Part shown: positions 1 through 14,274 of the stretch, one piece after another
Layout of the letters: the number at the start of each line of letters is the position of its first letter
How positions within the stretch are numbered: position 1 is the first letter of the stretch
From: Mobula hypostoma
Taxonomy: Eukaryota
Direction of reading: 5' to 3'
Assembly: GCF_963921235.1 (NCBI RefSeq)
Contig: NC_086101.1
Span: 10,294,001-10,358,000, forward strand
DNA length: 64,000 nucleotides
Notes under the pieces: generated by a model
Told to the model about the DNA's origin: nothing
Databases searched by the model: none
What the model saw: only the letters and a program-made list of their open reading frames with translations
Program-made: the position numbers and the translations under genes

Positions 1-243
1 GGAGCCCGTGCAGCTGAAGTCAGGCGCATCATCGAGGCGCAATGAAAGCGTGCTGTGCGCAAGGCCCGAGCAGCATCCACTGCCACGACAGCACCCACCC
101 ACTTGTGTCCCACATGTGGGCGAGCCTTCAGGGCCCGGATTGGCCTCATCAGTCACCTCCGGACCCACAGCCACCAATCTCCCATTTGACTTTGAAGCCA
201 TGGTCATCTTCGACTATGAAGGACGAACAGCAGCAGCAACAGC
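1..243 (+). mobile_element. RTE-clade LINE, 3' end (C-terminal C2H2 finger and tail)
   Basis: Frame 1 reads ...HLCPTCGRAFRARIGLISHLRTHSHQSPI* (stop 187-189), with an internal TGA at 43-45. A short 3' UTR and (agc)n tail follow. Confidence 0.8.
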
Positions 244-2845
244 GAGTACAGCAGGGGGCTGAGTACACAGCCTTGTGGGGCACCGGTGCTCAGAGTGATT
301 GTAGAGGAGAGATTGTCCCCTATTTTTACAGCCTGGGTCCTGTCTGTGAGGAAGTTGAAGATCCAGCTGCAGATCTGAGTGCTAAGGCCCAGGGTCTGGA
401 GCTTAGGAATCAGTTTATTTGGAAGGATGATATTAAAGGCAGGGCTGTAGTCAATGAATAGGAGCCTTATGTATGCGTCTTTATTCTCCAGGTGTTCCAA
501 GGAGGAACGTAGGGCCAGAGAGATGGCATCTGCCGTTGACCTGTTGCTCCGGTAGGCGAATTGCAAAGCGTCGAGGTTGACCGGTAGGCTGTGGTTGATG
601 TGTGCCATAACCAATCGCTCGAAGCACTTCATAGCAATTGATGTCAGAGCCACAGGTCGATAGTCATTCAGGCATGCCACCTTGCTCTTCTTCGGCACTG
701 GGATTATCGTTGCCTTCTTAAAACATGAGGGGATCTTATACTGAAGCAAGGAGCAGCTGAAGATGTCAGCAAACATTCCAGCTAGCTCGCTTGCACAGGC
801 CCAGAGAACCCATCCCGGGACGCCATCTGGGCCCGTCGCCTTCCTTGGATTTATCTTCAGGAAGGCCCTTCTAACGTCCTCCTCGGTGACGATGAATCTC
901 GATTCCACCAGGTCCGGTTCATCCCGGGTGAGCGCGATGCTCCTCTTCCGTTAGAATCTTGCGTAGAATACGTTAAGTTCATCAGGAAGAAAAGCACCAC
1001 AGTTATTGATATTCCCAGCCTTTTCTTTTCTCCCAGTGATCTCATTTAGACCCTGCCATAGTTTACTGGCATTCCTTTGGTTAGCCTGGGCTTCCAACTT
1101 GGCTCGATATTGCCTCTTGGCACCCTTAATGGCTTTCCGGAGTTCACGCCTGGATTCCGTGTAGCGACTGGTATCCCCGGATCTAAAAGCCGCAGCTCTA
1201 GCCTTTAAAAGGGACTTGACCTCACAATTCATCCAAGGTTTCCGGTTAGGGAATACCTGGATCCTCTGTGCATTTCCAAATAAAGTCCATGACAGCTGAG
1301 GCATACTCTTCGAGGTTAGCTGCCGAGTCCTTGAATACTAACCAGTCCACCGATTCAAAGCAGTCACAGAGGACCTCATCCGTTTCCTCTGACCAACGCG
1401 ACACTACTTTTGACACCGTGACCTCCTGCTTCAGTTTCTGTTTGTAAGCCGGGAGGAGTATGGCCTGATGGCCCGATTTTCCGAAGTGAGGCCATGGGAC
1501 AGAACAGTAGGCATCCTTGACTGCTGTGTAGCAGTGGTCAAGTATATTCGGGCGTCTAGTGGGGCAGGAGACATGTTGGGATAACTTCGGCAGCGCCTTT
1601 CTGAGGTTGGCCTGGTTAAAGTCCCTGGCTGTAATGAACAAAGCCTCCAGATACCTGGTCTCAAGTTCACTGATGTTGGCATACAGTATGTTCAGAGCAC
1701 ACTCCACGTCCGCCTGGGGGGGGGGGAATGTAGACCACTGTCAGTATGACCGAGGTGAATTCCTGTGGCAGATAGTAGGGACGACACTTCACCGACAGGT
1801 GTTCCAGGTCCGGGCTGCAGGAGCTGGTCAGTTCCACTGTGTCCGAGCACCACCCAGTGTTGACCAGTAGGCAGACATCACCACCCCTCGTCTTGCCCGA
1901 AGACGCCGTGCGGTCCATCTGATGGATCAAAAATCCCTCCGGTCGGATGGCACAGTCGGGGGTGGCAGGGGAGAGCCAGGTCTCGGTGAAACAGAATACA
2001 CAGCAGTTCTGCATCTTCCTGCAGTAGGTAAGTCTCCCTCTAATATCACCCACCTTGTTCTCTATGGCTTGCACATTAGCCAGTAGGAGGGTGGGCACAG
2101 GGACCCTGAAGCCCCTCAGCTTCAATCTGACGAGCAGCCCAGCTCTTTTCCCACGCTTCCTCGGTAAGTAGTGCATCTTTCCAGGTCTCCATCGATACAG
2201 GGTGTTGTTGTCAGCTCTTTGATGTTGGTGGACGCGTCCCGCGGGAATCGATCGGCGGGTCGCGTCGTCGTGCGCCCCGGGTCGGACCGAGTAACGGGGG
2301 AGGCTCCGCTGCCACTTCCAGCTGCCGGGGGCCCGGGCTGTCGATTGGGTCGGGCCCCGAAGCCGACACTTAATCCCGGATGGCCGGGCTCCTTTCTGAA
2401 ACAAGTCCTAAAGCCGAGTCACGGTTGCGGAGGCCTCCGCTCCAGCCGAGCCTCGGGCTCGATTTCCGAGGTCGGCGGCGGAGGCCTCACTTCCGGCAAA
2501 TGTGGATGGCCACCAACGGGGCTTTACGGTGGTCGCTCCGGGGAAGCGTCTGGGGCACCTTGAGGTCTCCGCCGTCACTTCTGTGTGGTCGCAATGGGCC
2601 GTGTCTCCAAGCGCTCCGGCTCGGTAGCAGACCGCGGGTCTCCGGGAACGTGGTGCGCCTCGCTGGTCGGGCCCGGAGTTTAAGAAGCATTTCTGGCGCG
2701 GTGCTCTCCAGCTGGGTCAGTAGCTTCGCCAGGGGGTTGTTGATCTAGATTGGCGGTTTACGAGGGTTTGTCGGGTGGAGGATAGCGGAGAGGGCAGTTT
2801 GCTCGGGAGAGCCCGCGCAGCGTCGCCAGTTACCGGCGCCATCTC
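240..2845 (-). mobile_element. Rex1/Babar-type LINE, 5' end intact, frameshifted, cut at its 3' side by the RTE
   Basis: Minus ORFs give endonuclease (FCFTETWL, DFNQANL, LDHCYT) and RT ([37 protein letters not shown]). The 5' terminus reads AGATGGCGCC on the minus strand. Confidence 0.88.
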
Positions 2846-2857
2846 TAACGGACAATA

Positions 2858-5505
2858 ACATTACTACTGGTCAGGGAGACTATTACAGCTACAGAAAGGG
2901 TGGGTAATGGAGCAGGATCCTCTTTTGAGTCAGTATGGGTGGAAGTCAGGAACAGGAAGGGAGCAGTTACTCTATTGGGGGTATTCTATAGGCCCCCTGG
3001 TAACAGCAGAGATACCAAGGAGCAGATTGGGAGGCAGATTTTAACTTTAAATTCCCTAATATTGATTGGCACCTGATTAGTTCCAAGGGTTTAGACCGGG
3101 CAGAGTTTGTTTAAGTGTGTTCAAGACAGGTTCCTGTCACAGTATGTCGGCAGGCCGACTAAGGGGGTGTGGGGGAGGACTGCCATACCGGATCTAGTAC
3201 AGTATTAGGTAACGAACCGGGTCAGGTCACAGATCTCTCAGTGGGTGAGCATCTGGGGTTCAGTGACCACCGCTCCCTGGCCTTTAGCATTATCATGGAA
3301 AAGGATAGAATCAGAGAGGACAGGAAAATTTTTAATTGGGGAAGGGCAAATTATGAGGCTTTAAGGCTAGAACTTGCGGGTGTGAATTGGGATGATGTTT
3401 TTGCAGGGAAATGTACTATGGACATGTGGTTGATGTTTAGAGATCTCTTGCAGGATGTTAGGGATAAATTTGTCCCGGTGAGGAAGATTAAGAATGGTAG
3501 GGTGAAGGAACCATGGGTGACAAGTGAGGTAGAAAATCTAGTCAGGTGGAAGAAGGCAGCATACATGAGGCTTAGGAAGCAAGGATCAGATGGGTCTATT
3601 GAGGAATATAGGGAAGCAAGAAAGGAGCTTAAGAAAGGGCTGAGTAGAGCAAGAAGGGGTCATGAGACGGTCTTGGCAAGTATGGTAAAGGAAAACCCCA
3701 AGGCATTCTTCAATTATGTGAAGAAAAAAAGGATAACAGGAGTGAAGGTAGGACCAATTAAAGATAAAGCTGGGACGATGTGCCTCGAGGCTGTGGAAGT
3801 GAGTGAGGTCCTCAATGAATACTTCTCTTCGGTATTCACCAATGAGAGGGAACTTGATGACGGTGAGGATAATATGATTGAGGTTGATGTTTTAGAGCAT
3901 GTTGATATTAAGGGAGAGGAGGTGTTGGAGTTATTAAAATACATAAGGATGGATAAGTCCCCAGGCCCTGATGGAATATTCCCCAGGCTGCTCCATGAGG
4001 CGAGGGAAGAGACTGCCGAGCGCCTGGCTAGAATCTTTATGTCCTCGCTGTCTATGGGAATGGTACCGGAGGATTGGAGGGAGGCAAATGTTGTCCCCTT
4101 GTTCAAAAAATGTAGTAGGGATAGTCCGGGTAATTATAGACCAGAGAGCCTTACGTCTGTGGTGGGAAAACTGTTGGAAAAGATTCTTAGAGATAGGATC
4201 TCTGGGCATTTAGAGAATCACGGTCTGATCAGGGACAGTCAGCATGGCTTTGAGAAGGGCAGATCGTGTCTAACAAGCCTGATAGAGTTCTTTTGAGTAG
4301 GTGACCAGGCATATAGATGAGGATAGTGCAGTGGGTGTGATCTATATGGATTTTAGTAAGGAATTTGACAAGGCTCCATATGGTAGGCTTGTTCAGAAAG
4401 TCAGAAAGCATGGGATCCAGGGAAGTTTGGCCAGGTGGATTCAGAATTGGCTTGCCTGCAGAAGGCAGAGGGTCATGGTGGAGGGAGTACATTCGGATTG
4501 GAGGGTTGTGACTAGTGGTGTCCCACAGGGATCTGTTCTGGGACCTCTACTTTTTGCGATTTTTATTAACGACCTGGATGTATGGGTAGAAGAGTGGGTT
4601 GGCAAGTTTGCAGACGACACAAAGGTTGGTAGTGTTGTAGATGGTGCAGAGGATTGTCGAAGATTGCAGAGAGACATTGATAGGTTGCAGAAGTGGGCTG
4701 AGAAGTGGCAGATGGAGTTCAACCCAGAGAAGTGTGAGGTGGTACAGGTTGGAAGGACAAACTCCAAGGCAGAGTACAAAGTAAATGGCAGGATACTTGG
4801 TAGTGTGGAGGAGCAGAGGGATCTCGGGGTACATGTCCACAGGTCCCTGAAAGTTGCCTCACAGGTATATAGGGTAGTTAAGAAAGCTTATGGGGTGTTA
4901 GCTTTCATAAGTTGAGGGATAGAGTTTAAGAGTCGCAATGTAATGATGCAGCTGTATAAAACTCTGGTTAGGCCACGCTTGGAGTACTGTGTCCAGTTCT
5001 GGTCGCCTCACTATAGGAAGGATGTGGAAGCATTGGAAAGGGTACAGAGGAGATTGAGATTTACCAGGATGCTGCCTGGTTTGGAGAGTATGGATTATGA
5101 TCAGAGATTAAGGGAACTGGGGCTTTACTCTTTGGAGAGAAGGAGGATGAGAGGAGACATGATAGAGGTGTACAAGATAATAAGAGGAATAGATAGAGTG
5201 GATAGCCAGCACCTCTTCCCCAGGGCACCACTGCTCAATACAAGGGGACATGGCTTTAAGGTAAGGGGTGGGAAGTTCAAGGGGGTATTAGAGGAAGGTA
5301 TCAGAGAGTGTTTGGTGCATGGAATACACTGCCTGAGTCAGTGGTGGAGGCAGAGACACCTGTGAAGTTTAAGAGACTACTGGACAGGTTTCTGGAGGAA
5401 TTTAAGGTAGGGGGTTATATGGGAGGCAGGGTTTGACTGTCATCACAACAATGTGGGCCGAAGGGCCTGTACTGTGCTCTACTGTTTTATGTTCTATGTT
5501 CTATG
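2858..5505 (+). mobile_element. CR1 LINE, subfamily A, 5'-truncated
   Basis: ORFs 3169-4296, 4301-4915 and 4943-5365 give SDH, KSPGPDG, QHGF, GVPQGSVLGP, FADD and LEYCVQFWSP. It ends in a (tgttcta)n tail. Confidence 0.95.
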
Positions 5506-7610
5506 ATTGTGCCTCATATAGATCTATTTCATTATTGAATGTCGGTGCTAAGATTCTGGCAAAGATAATGAAGAATATTTTGGGTAAAATTATTTTTAAA
5601 GATCAAACAGGCTTTATAAAGGGTTGTTACTCTTTTTCGAATGTTTGGAGATTATTTAACTTTGTATATTCATCCTCTTTTAAAACTCCACAATGTGTCA
5701 TCTCTTTAGATATTGAAAAAAACGTTTGATTGAGTGGAATGGAAATATTTATTTAATGTTTTCAAGAAATTTGGCTATGGTGTTAATTTTAATAATTGGA
5801 TTAGAATGATATATAAAACTCCTATTGCTACTGTTATTAGTAATAACTGTAGGTCTCCTTTTTTCAGCATTTGTGGGGGACAAGACAAGGTTGTCCATTA
5901 AGTCCTTTGTTTAGTTTAATTTTAGAACCCCTTGCTATTGCTCTTGGTGAAGCTAAAGATATTTATCGGATTTTTGTAAATGAGACCATTCATGAGATTT
6001 CTCTTTACGCTGATGATTTACTGGTTTACATACCCAATCCCGAGGAATCTATTCCTGCCTTGCTAAAATTATTTAATGAATTTAGAGATCTTTCATGATT
6101 TCAAATAAATTTTAGTAAAGGTGGACTGCTTCCTTTAAATGAATCTGTTTCTATATATGATAATACTCCTTTCAAAGTCAGGGATTCTTTTAGATATTTA
6201 GGTGTTATAATCACTAAAAAAATATAAGGATCTTTATAAAGCTAATTTTGTTCCCTTGGTAGATTCTGTGATGAATTTATTTCGTAGATGGAGTCCACTT
6301 ACATTTTCACTTGTTGGTCGCATCCATATAGTCAAAATGATGATTTTACCAAAATTTTGATATTTATTTCAGAATATCACAGTTTTCCTGAGTAAGAAGT
6401 TTTTTGATTGGATTGGTTCTATTACTTTATCTTTTATTTGGAATAATAAAAGATCAAGAATTAGTAAATGTCACTTACAAAAGTTGAAAAAGGATGGAGA
6501 TCTCGCTTTGCCTCATTTAAGAATGTATTACTGGGCTGTTAATGTGTGATACATGTCATTTTGGTTACATTCGGTTGATAAGAACGATCGGCCAATTTGG
6601 GTAGACTTGGAATTGAAAACTATTGAAACAGTTTTATTTAACCTCGTTATTGAGAGCTGCTTTACCTATTCAATTAGCTAAAGTTGCTAATTTAAATTTA
6701 TACCCTGTGATTAAGCATTCTTTACAAACTTGGCTCCAGTTCTGCAATTTTTTTAATCTTAAAAAATTTAAAATTTGTAGTTTAATTTATCAGAATTACT
6801 TTTTTAAGCCGCCTTTGAGTGATCCAATTTTTTTACTTTGGAAAAATAAAGGTATTAATTCTTTTTTGGATTTATTTAAAGAAGATAGACTGCTGTCTTT
6901 CGAACAATTAGTTGATAAATATTCTTTTTCAGACTCACACTTTTTACAATACCTTCAAGTTAGACATTTCTTACAAAAATATTTATGTAATTTTCCTTAC
7001 ATATTGGATGCTGGCCTGTTAGATACTATTCTGAGTATGAACCCTTTGATGAAGGGTTCCATTGGAAGAATTTATAATTTACTATTATAATGGGATAAGC
7101 ATCCTTTAAGATTAAACAAGATTGGGAAAAGGAACTTAATTTGACTTTTATGACGGAGGATTGGATGCGGATTCTGAAGCTGGTTAACTCTTCTTCGATC
7201 TGTGCGAGTCGGTCACTGATTCAATTTAAAATTGTGCATCGTTACTATTTGACGAAGGAGAGATTGTCTAAAATATTCCCTCATGTTGATAGTTATTGTG
7301 ATAGATGTAAAACTGAGACAGCTACACTGACACACATGGTTTGGTCCTGTTCTACACTGGAACAGTTCTGGAAGTTAGTTTTTTCTACAATTTCTAAAGC
7401 ACCTAAAATTAATTTACAACCTAACAAATTAACTATGCTTTTTGGAATAGTTCTTCAAAATATCCTCTTTGTCTGACCAATATGTTATTGCATTCGTTAC
7501 ATTGATAGCTAGGAGGGCCATTTTGTTGAAGTGGAAGGATACATCGGGTCCCATTTTGTCACAATGGTTCTCTCAAGTGATGCTGTGTCTTAGTTTGGAG
7601 AAAATTAGAA
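5506..7610 (+). mobile_element. L1/Tx1-type LINE ORF2 fragment, part 1
   Basis: AT-rich. YRSISLLN, QTGF, GTRQGCPLSP, LYADD and a C-terminal CDRC...H...C knuckle. Many stops. Confidence 0.88.
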
Positions 7611-8228
7611 CCATAGAACCATAAAAACTACAGCACAGAAACAGGCCTTTTGGCCCTTCTTGGCTGTGCTGAACCATTTTCTGCCTAGTCCCACTCACCT
7701 GCACACGGACCATATCCCTCCATACACCTCCCATCCATATATCTGTCCAATTTATTCTTTAATGTTAAAAAAGAACCCGCATTTACCACCTCGTCTGGCA
7801 GCTCATTCCATCCTCCCACCACTCTCTGTGTGAAGAAGCCCCCCCAATGTTCCCTTTAAATTTTTCCTCCCTCACCCTTAACCCATGTCCTCTGGTTTTT
7901 TTCTCCCCTTGCCTCAGTGGAAAAAGCCTGCTTGCATTCACTCTATCTATACCCATCATAATTTTATATACCTCTATCAAATCTCCCCTCATTCTTCTAC
8001 GCTCCAGGGAATAAAGTCCTAACCTATTCAACCTTTCTCTGTAACTGAGTTTCTCAAGTCCCGGCAACATCCTTGTAAACCTTCTCTGCACTCTTTCAAC
8101 CTTATTTATATCCTTCCTGTAATTTGGTGACCAAAACTGAACACAATACTCCAGATTCGGCCTCATCAATGCCTTAACAAACTCATCATAACATTCCAGC
8201 TCTTATACTCAATACTTCGATTAATAAA
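7607..8228 (-). mobile_element. CR1 LINE, subfamily B, 3' part
   Basis: ORF 7783-8169 (RPNLEYCVQFWSP...ERRRMRGDLIE). Tail is adjacent to 7607. The element resumes at 10963. Confidence 0.92.
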
Positions 8229-10962
8229 TCGAATTTCAGTGCTTTAAAAGGGATTTCAGTGCTTTAAAAGGGATAGAGAGGGCGGAAAAAGGGGAGGGGG
8301 GTGGCATTACTGGTCGGGGATACTATCACAGCTACAGAGAGGGTGGGTAATGTAGCAGGATCCTCTTCTGAGTCAATATGGGTGGAAGTCAGGAACAGGA
8401 AGGGAGCAGTTACTCTACTGGGGGTATTCTATAGGCCCCCTGGTAGCAGCAGAGATACAGAGGAGCAGATTGGGAGGCGGATTTTGGAAAGGTGCAAAAA
8501 TAACAGGGTTGTTATCATGGGAGACTTTAACTTCCCTAATATTGATTGGCACCTGATTAGTTCCAAGGGTTTAGATGGGGCAGAATTTGTTAAGTGTGTC
8601 CAGGGTGGATTCCTGTCACAGTATGTGGACAGGCCGACCAGGGGGAATGCCATACTAGATCTAGTACTAGGTAATGAACCGGGTCAGGTCACAGATCTAT
8701 CAGTGGGTGAACATCTGGGGGACAGTGACCACCACTCCCTGGCCTTTAGCATTATCATGGAAAAGGATAGAATCAGAGAGGACAGGAACATTTTTAATTG
8801 GGGAAAGGCAAATTATGAGGCTATAAGGCTAGAACTTGCGGGTGTGAATTGGGATGATGTTTTTGCATGGAAATGTACTCTGGACATGTGGTCGATGTTT
8901 AGAGATCTCTTGCGGGATGTAAGGGATAAATTTGTCCCAGTGAGGAAGATAAAGAATGGTAGGGTGAAGGAAGCATGGGTGACAAGGGAGGTGGAAAATC
9001 TAGTCAGGAGGAAGAAGGCAGCATACATGAGGTTTAGGAAGCAAGGATCAGATGGGTCTATTGAGGAATATAGGAAAGCAAGAAAGGAGCTTAAGAAGGG
9101 GCTGAGAAGAGCAAGAAGGGAGCATGAGAAAGCCTTGGTGAGTAGGGTAAAGGAAAACCCCAAGGCATTCTTCAATTATGTGAAGAAAAAAAGGATGACA
9201 GGAGTGAAGGTAGGACCGATTAGAGATAAAGGTGGGAAGATGTGCCTGGAGGCTGTGGAAGTGAGCGAGGTCCTCAATGAATACTTCTCTTCGGTATTCA
9301 CCAGTGAGAGGGAACTTGATGATAGTGAGGACAATATGAGTGAGGTTGATGTTCTGGAGCATGCTGATATTAAGGGAGACGAGGTGTTGGAGTTGTTAAA
9401 ATACATTAAGACAGATAAGTCCCCGGGGCCTGACGGACTATTCCCCAGGCTGCTCCACGAGGTGAGAGAAGAGATTGCTGAGCCTCTGGCTAGGATCTTT
9501 ATGTCCTCCTTGTCCATGGGAATGGTACCGGAGGATTAGAGGGAGGGGAATGTTGTTCCCTTGTTCAAAAAAGGTAGTAGGGATAGTCCGGGTAATTATA
9601 GACCAGTGAGCCTTACGTCTGTGGTGGGAAAGCTGTTGGAAAAGATTCTTAGAGATAGGATCTATAGGCATTTAGAGAATCATGGTCTGATCAGGGACAG
9701 TCAGCATGGCTTTGTGAAGGGCAGATCGTGTCTAACAAGCCTGATAGAGTTCTTTGAGGATGTGAACAGGCATATAGATGAGGGTAGTGCAGTGGATGTG
9801 ATCTATATGGATTTTAGTAAGGCATTTGACAAGGTTCCACACGGTAGGCTTATTCAGAAAGTCAGAAGGCATGGGATCCAGGGAAGTTTGGCCAGGTGGA
9901 TTCAGAATTGACTTGCCTGCAGAAGGCAGAGGGTCGTGGTGGAGGGAGTACATTCAGATTGGAGGATTGTGACTGGTGGTGTCCCACAAGGATCTGTTCT
10001 GGGACCTCTATTTTTCGTGATTTTTATTAACGACCTGGATGTTGGGGTAGAAGGGTGGGTTGGCAAGTTTGCAGACGACACAAAGGTTGGTGGTGTTGTA
10101 GATAGTGTAGAGGATTGTCAAAGATTACAGAGAGACATTGATAGGATGCAGAAGTGGGCTGAGAAGTGGCAGATGGAGTTCAACCCGGAGAAGTGTGAGG
10201 TGGTACACTTTGGAAGGACAAACTCCAAGGCAGAGTACAAAGTAAATGGCAGGGTACTTGGTAGTGTGGAGGAGCAGAGGGATCTGGGGGTACATGTCCA
10301 CAGATCCCTGAAAGTTGCCTCACAGGTGGATAGGGTAGTTAAGAAAGCTTATTGGGTGTTAGCTTTCGTAAGTTGAGAGATAGAGTTTAAGAGTCGCGAT
10401 GTAATGATGCAGCTTTATAAAACTCTGGTTAGGCCACACTTGGAGTATTGTGTCCAGTTCTGGTCACCTCACTATAGGAGGATATGGAAGCATTGGAAAG
10501 GGTACAGAGGAGATTTACGAGGATGCTGCCTGGTTTAGAAAGTATGCATTATGATCAGAGATTAAGGGAGCTAGGGCTTTACTCTTTGGAGAGAAGGAGG
10601 ATGAGAGGAGACATGATAGAGGTGTACAAGATAATAAGAGGAATAGATAGAGTGGATAGCCAGCGCCTCTTCCCCAGGGCACCACTGCTCCATACAAGAG
10701 GGCATTGCTTTAAGGTAAGGGGTGGGAAGTTCAAGGGGGATATTAGAGGAAGGTTTTTTGCTCAGAGAGTGGTTGGTGCGTGGAATGCACTGCCTGAGTC
10801 AGTGGTGGAGGCAGATACACTAGTGAAGTTTAAGAGACGACTCGACAGGTATATGGAGGAATCTAAAGTGGGGGCTTATAAGGGAGGCAGGGTTTGAGGG
10901 TCGGCACAACATTGTGGGCCGAAGGGCCTGTACTGTGCTGTACAATTCTATGTTCTATGTTC
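8229..10962 (+). mobile_element. CR1 LINE, subfamily A, nested in the minus-strand CR1
   Basis: ORFs 8301-9539, 9561-9911, 9936-10376 and 10484-10897 are broken by point stops and one frameshift. (tgttcta)n tail; flanked by taaa at 8225-8228 and 10963-10966. Confidence 0.95.
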
Positions 10963-12777
10963 TAAAGGCCGATGTACCAAAAGCTCTCTTTCCGACCTTA
11001 TCTACCTGTGACGCCACTTTTAGGGAATTTTGTATCTGTATTCCCAGATCCCTCTGTTCCACTCCACTCCTCAGTGCCTTACCATTAACCCTGTATGTTC
11101 TACCTTGGTTTGTCCTTCCAACATGCAATACCTCACACTTGTCTGTATTAAACTCCATCTGCCATTTTTCAGCCCATTTTTCCAGCTGGTCCAAGTCCCT
11201 CTGCAGGCTGTGAAAACCTTCCTCACTGTCTACTACACCTCCAATCTTTGTATCATCAGCAAATTTGCTGATCCAATTTACCACATTATCATCCAGATCA
11301 TTGAAATAGATGACAAATAACAATGGACCCAGCACTGATCCCTGTGGTACACCACTAGTTACAGGCCTCCACTCGGAGAAGCAATTCTCTACTACCACTC
11401 TTTGGCTTCTTCCATTGAGCCAATGTCTAATCCAATTTACCACCTCTCCATGTATACCTAGCGACTGAATTTTCCTAACTAACCTCCCATGCGGGACCTT
11501 GTCAAAGGCCTTACTGAAGTCCATTTAGACAATATCCACTGCCTGCCCTTCATCCACTTTCCTGGTAACCTCCTCGAAAAACTCCAATAGATTGGTCAAA
11601 CATGACCTACCACGCACAAAGCCATGTTGACTCTCCCTAATAAGTCCCTGTCTATCCAAATGCTTGTAGATTCTGTCTCTTAGTACTCCCTCCAATAACT
11701 TACCTACTACCGACGTTAAACTCACTGGCCTATAATTTCCCGGATTACTTTTCCATCCTTTTTGAAACAACGGAACGACATGAGCCACTCTCCAATCCTC
11801 CGGCACCTCACCCGTAGACAATGACATTTTAAGTATTTCTTCCAGGGCCCCTGCAATTTCAACACTAGTCTCCTTCAAGGTCCGAGGGAACACCCTGTCA
11901 GGTCCCGGGGATTTACCCACTTTAATTTTCCTCAAGACAGCAAGGACCTCCTCCTTTTCGATCTGTACAGTTTCCATGATCTCACTACTTGTTTCCCTTA
12001 ATTCCATAGACTTAATGCCAGTTTCCTTAGTAAATACAGACGCAATAAACCTATTTAAGATCTCCCTCATTTCCTTTGGTTCCGCACATAGCCAACCACT
12101 CTGATCTTCAAGAGGACCAATTTTATTGCTTACAATCCTTTTGCTCTTAATATACCTGTAAAAGCTCTTTGGATTATCCTTCACTTTGACTGCCAAGGCA
12201 ACCTCATGTCTTCTTTTCGCCCTCCTGATTTCTTTCTTAAGTATTTTCTTGCACTTCTTATACTCCTCAAGCACCTTACTTACTCCCTGCTTCCTATACA
12301 TGTCATACAACTCCCTCTTCTTCTTTATCAGAGTTGCAATATCCCTTGAGAACCAAGGTTCCTTATTCCTATTCACTTTGCCTTTAATCCTGACAGGAAC
12401 ATACAAAATCTGCACTCTCAAAATTTCTCCTTTGAAGGCTTCCCACCTACCGATCACATCCTTACCAGGGAACAACCTGTCCCAATCCACGCTTTTTCGA
12501 TCCTTTCTCATTTCTTCAAATTTGGCCTTCTTCCAGTTAAGAACCTCAACCCTAGGACCAGATCTATCCTTGTCCATGATCAAGTTGAAACTAATGGTGT
12601 TATGATCACTGGAACCAAAGTGCTCCCCTACACAGACTTCTGTCACTTGTCCTAACTTGCTTCCTAACAGGAGATCCAATATTGCATCCATTCTAGTTGG
12701 TCCCTCTATATATTGATTTAGAAAACTTTCCTGAACACATTTTACAAACTCTAAACCATCTAGACCCCTAACAGTAG
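10963..12777 (-). mobile_element. CR1 LINE, subfamily B, 5' part (continuation of 7607-8228)
   Basis: ORFs 11525-12691 and 10955-11524 (RT, FADD). The sequence joins seamlessly to 8228. Confidence 0.92.
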
Positions 12778-12789
12778 CTGAAGTTGAAC

Positions 12790-13170
12790 AGAAGTTGAAC
12801 CTTTGAGCCTATGTTTGATTTTGAGAAAAGATGGGGTTCATTTGCTTGTTACTATCATTTGAGTTAATTGGTAGATTTCCTCCATGATCTAATTGTAAAT
12901 TTTTGGTACATTTTTTTTTCTTGCTGGCGGTTTGATATTTATCTTTAGAAACTTTTTGTATGATGCATGGCTCCGAGGTTAAACACCTAATGGGTTTTTT
13001 CTCCCTCACTTTTCCTTGCTTAGTAGGTTTTTTTTCCTCTTTTTTTGTCGCCAAAAATTTTTTCAGTCTTTAAAATAACGTTTTTTTTCTTGAGACATTG
13101 TAAGTGCTACTTACTTCGATGTACTCTTGTTAATTTTGGATAATAATAATAAAAAGATTTGAAAAGGAAA
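12790..13170 (+). mobile_element. L1/Tx1-type LINE, part 2 (ORF2 C-terminus and 3' UTR)
   Basis: Continues ...LEKIR (7610) as TFEPMFDFEKRWGSFACYYHLS*. T-rich UTR, AATAAA and an A-rich end follow. Confidence 0.75.
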
Positions 13171-14274
13171 CAGTAAAGTAAGTAAAATAGGAGCAACTAT
13201 AAAAAGCTGCTAATCCGTCAATGACTAGTAGGATATTCTATGTTCTAAAGATTACAGTCCTCACCTATTCCATCTTTCCTTATAATTTGGGTCCTCCTGA
13301 TGTAGCAACATGTTTGTGAATTTTCTCTGTACTCTTTCAACCATGTTTACATCTTTCCTGTAAGTAGGTGACCAAAATGCACACAATAATCCGAATTAAG
13401 CCTCAACAACACCTTGAGCATCGTCAACATAGCATCCCATCTCCTGTACTCCATACATTGATTCATGAAGGCCAATGTTGCAGAAGCTTTCTACCTGTGA
13501 GATGGTTTTCAACAAATTATGTATCTGTATTCCCAAATCCCTTTATTTATCCACAATCTTCTGTGCCCTACCATGCACTATGTAAGACGTACCCTGGTTG
13601 GTCCTACTAAAGTGCAAAATCTTGTATTTCTCTGCACTAAATTCCCTCTGCCATTTTTCAGCACATTTTCCCAGCTGATGCAGATCCCGTTCCAAGTCAT
13701 GATAGCCTTCCTTACACTCTCATCTGGATGTCATCCGCAAATTTGCTGATCCAGTTAGTCACATTATCATCTGGATCACTGATATACTGTAGATGGCAAA
13801 CAGCAAAGGACGCAGCATTGATATGGTGGCACACCACTAGTCACAGGCCTCCAGTCAGAGAGACAACCCTCTACTACCACTCTCTGGCTTCTCCCATAAA
13901 GCCAATGTCTAATCCAATTTACTACCTCATCCTGAATGCCGAGAGACTGAATCTTCTTGGCCAGCCTCCCATGTGGAATGCCTTAAGGTTCATGTGGATA
14001 ACATCAACTGACTTACCTTCATCAATTTTCCTTGAACAACTCTTTAATATTGGTTAGACATGCCCCACCACACATGAAGCGATGCTGACTATCCTTAATC
14101 AGTCCATGTCTATCCATATACAGTGCCTATGAAAAGTATTCCCCCCCTCGAAGTTTTCATGTTTTATTGTTTTATAACATTGAATATCAGTGGATTTAAT
14201 TTGGCTTTTTTGACTCTGATTAACAGCAAAGACTCTTTCATATAAAGTGAATGCAAATTGGTCTAAATTTCTTT

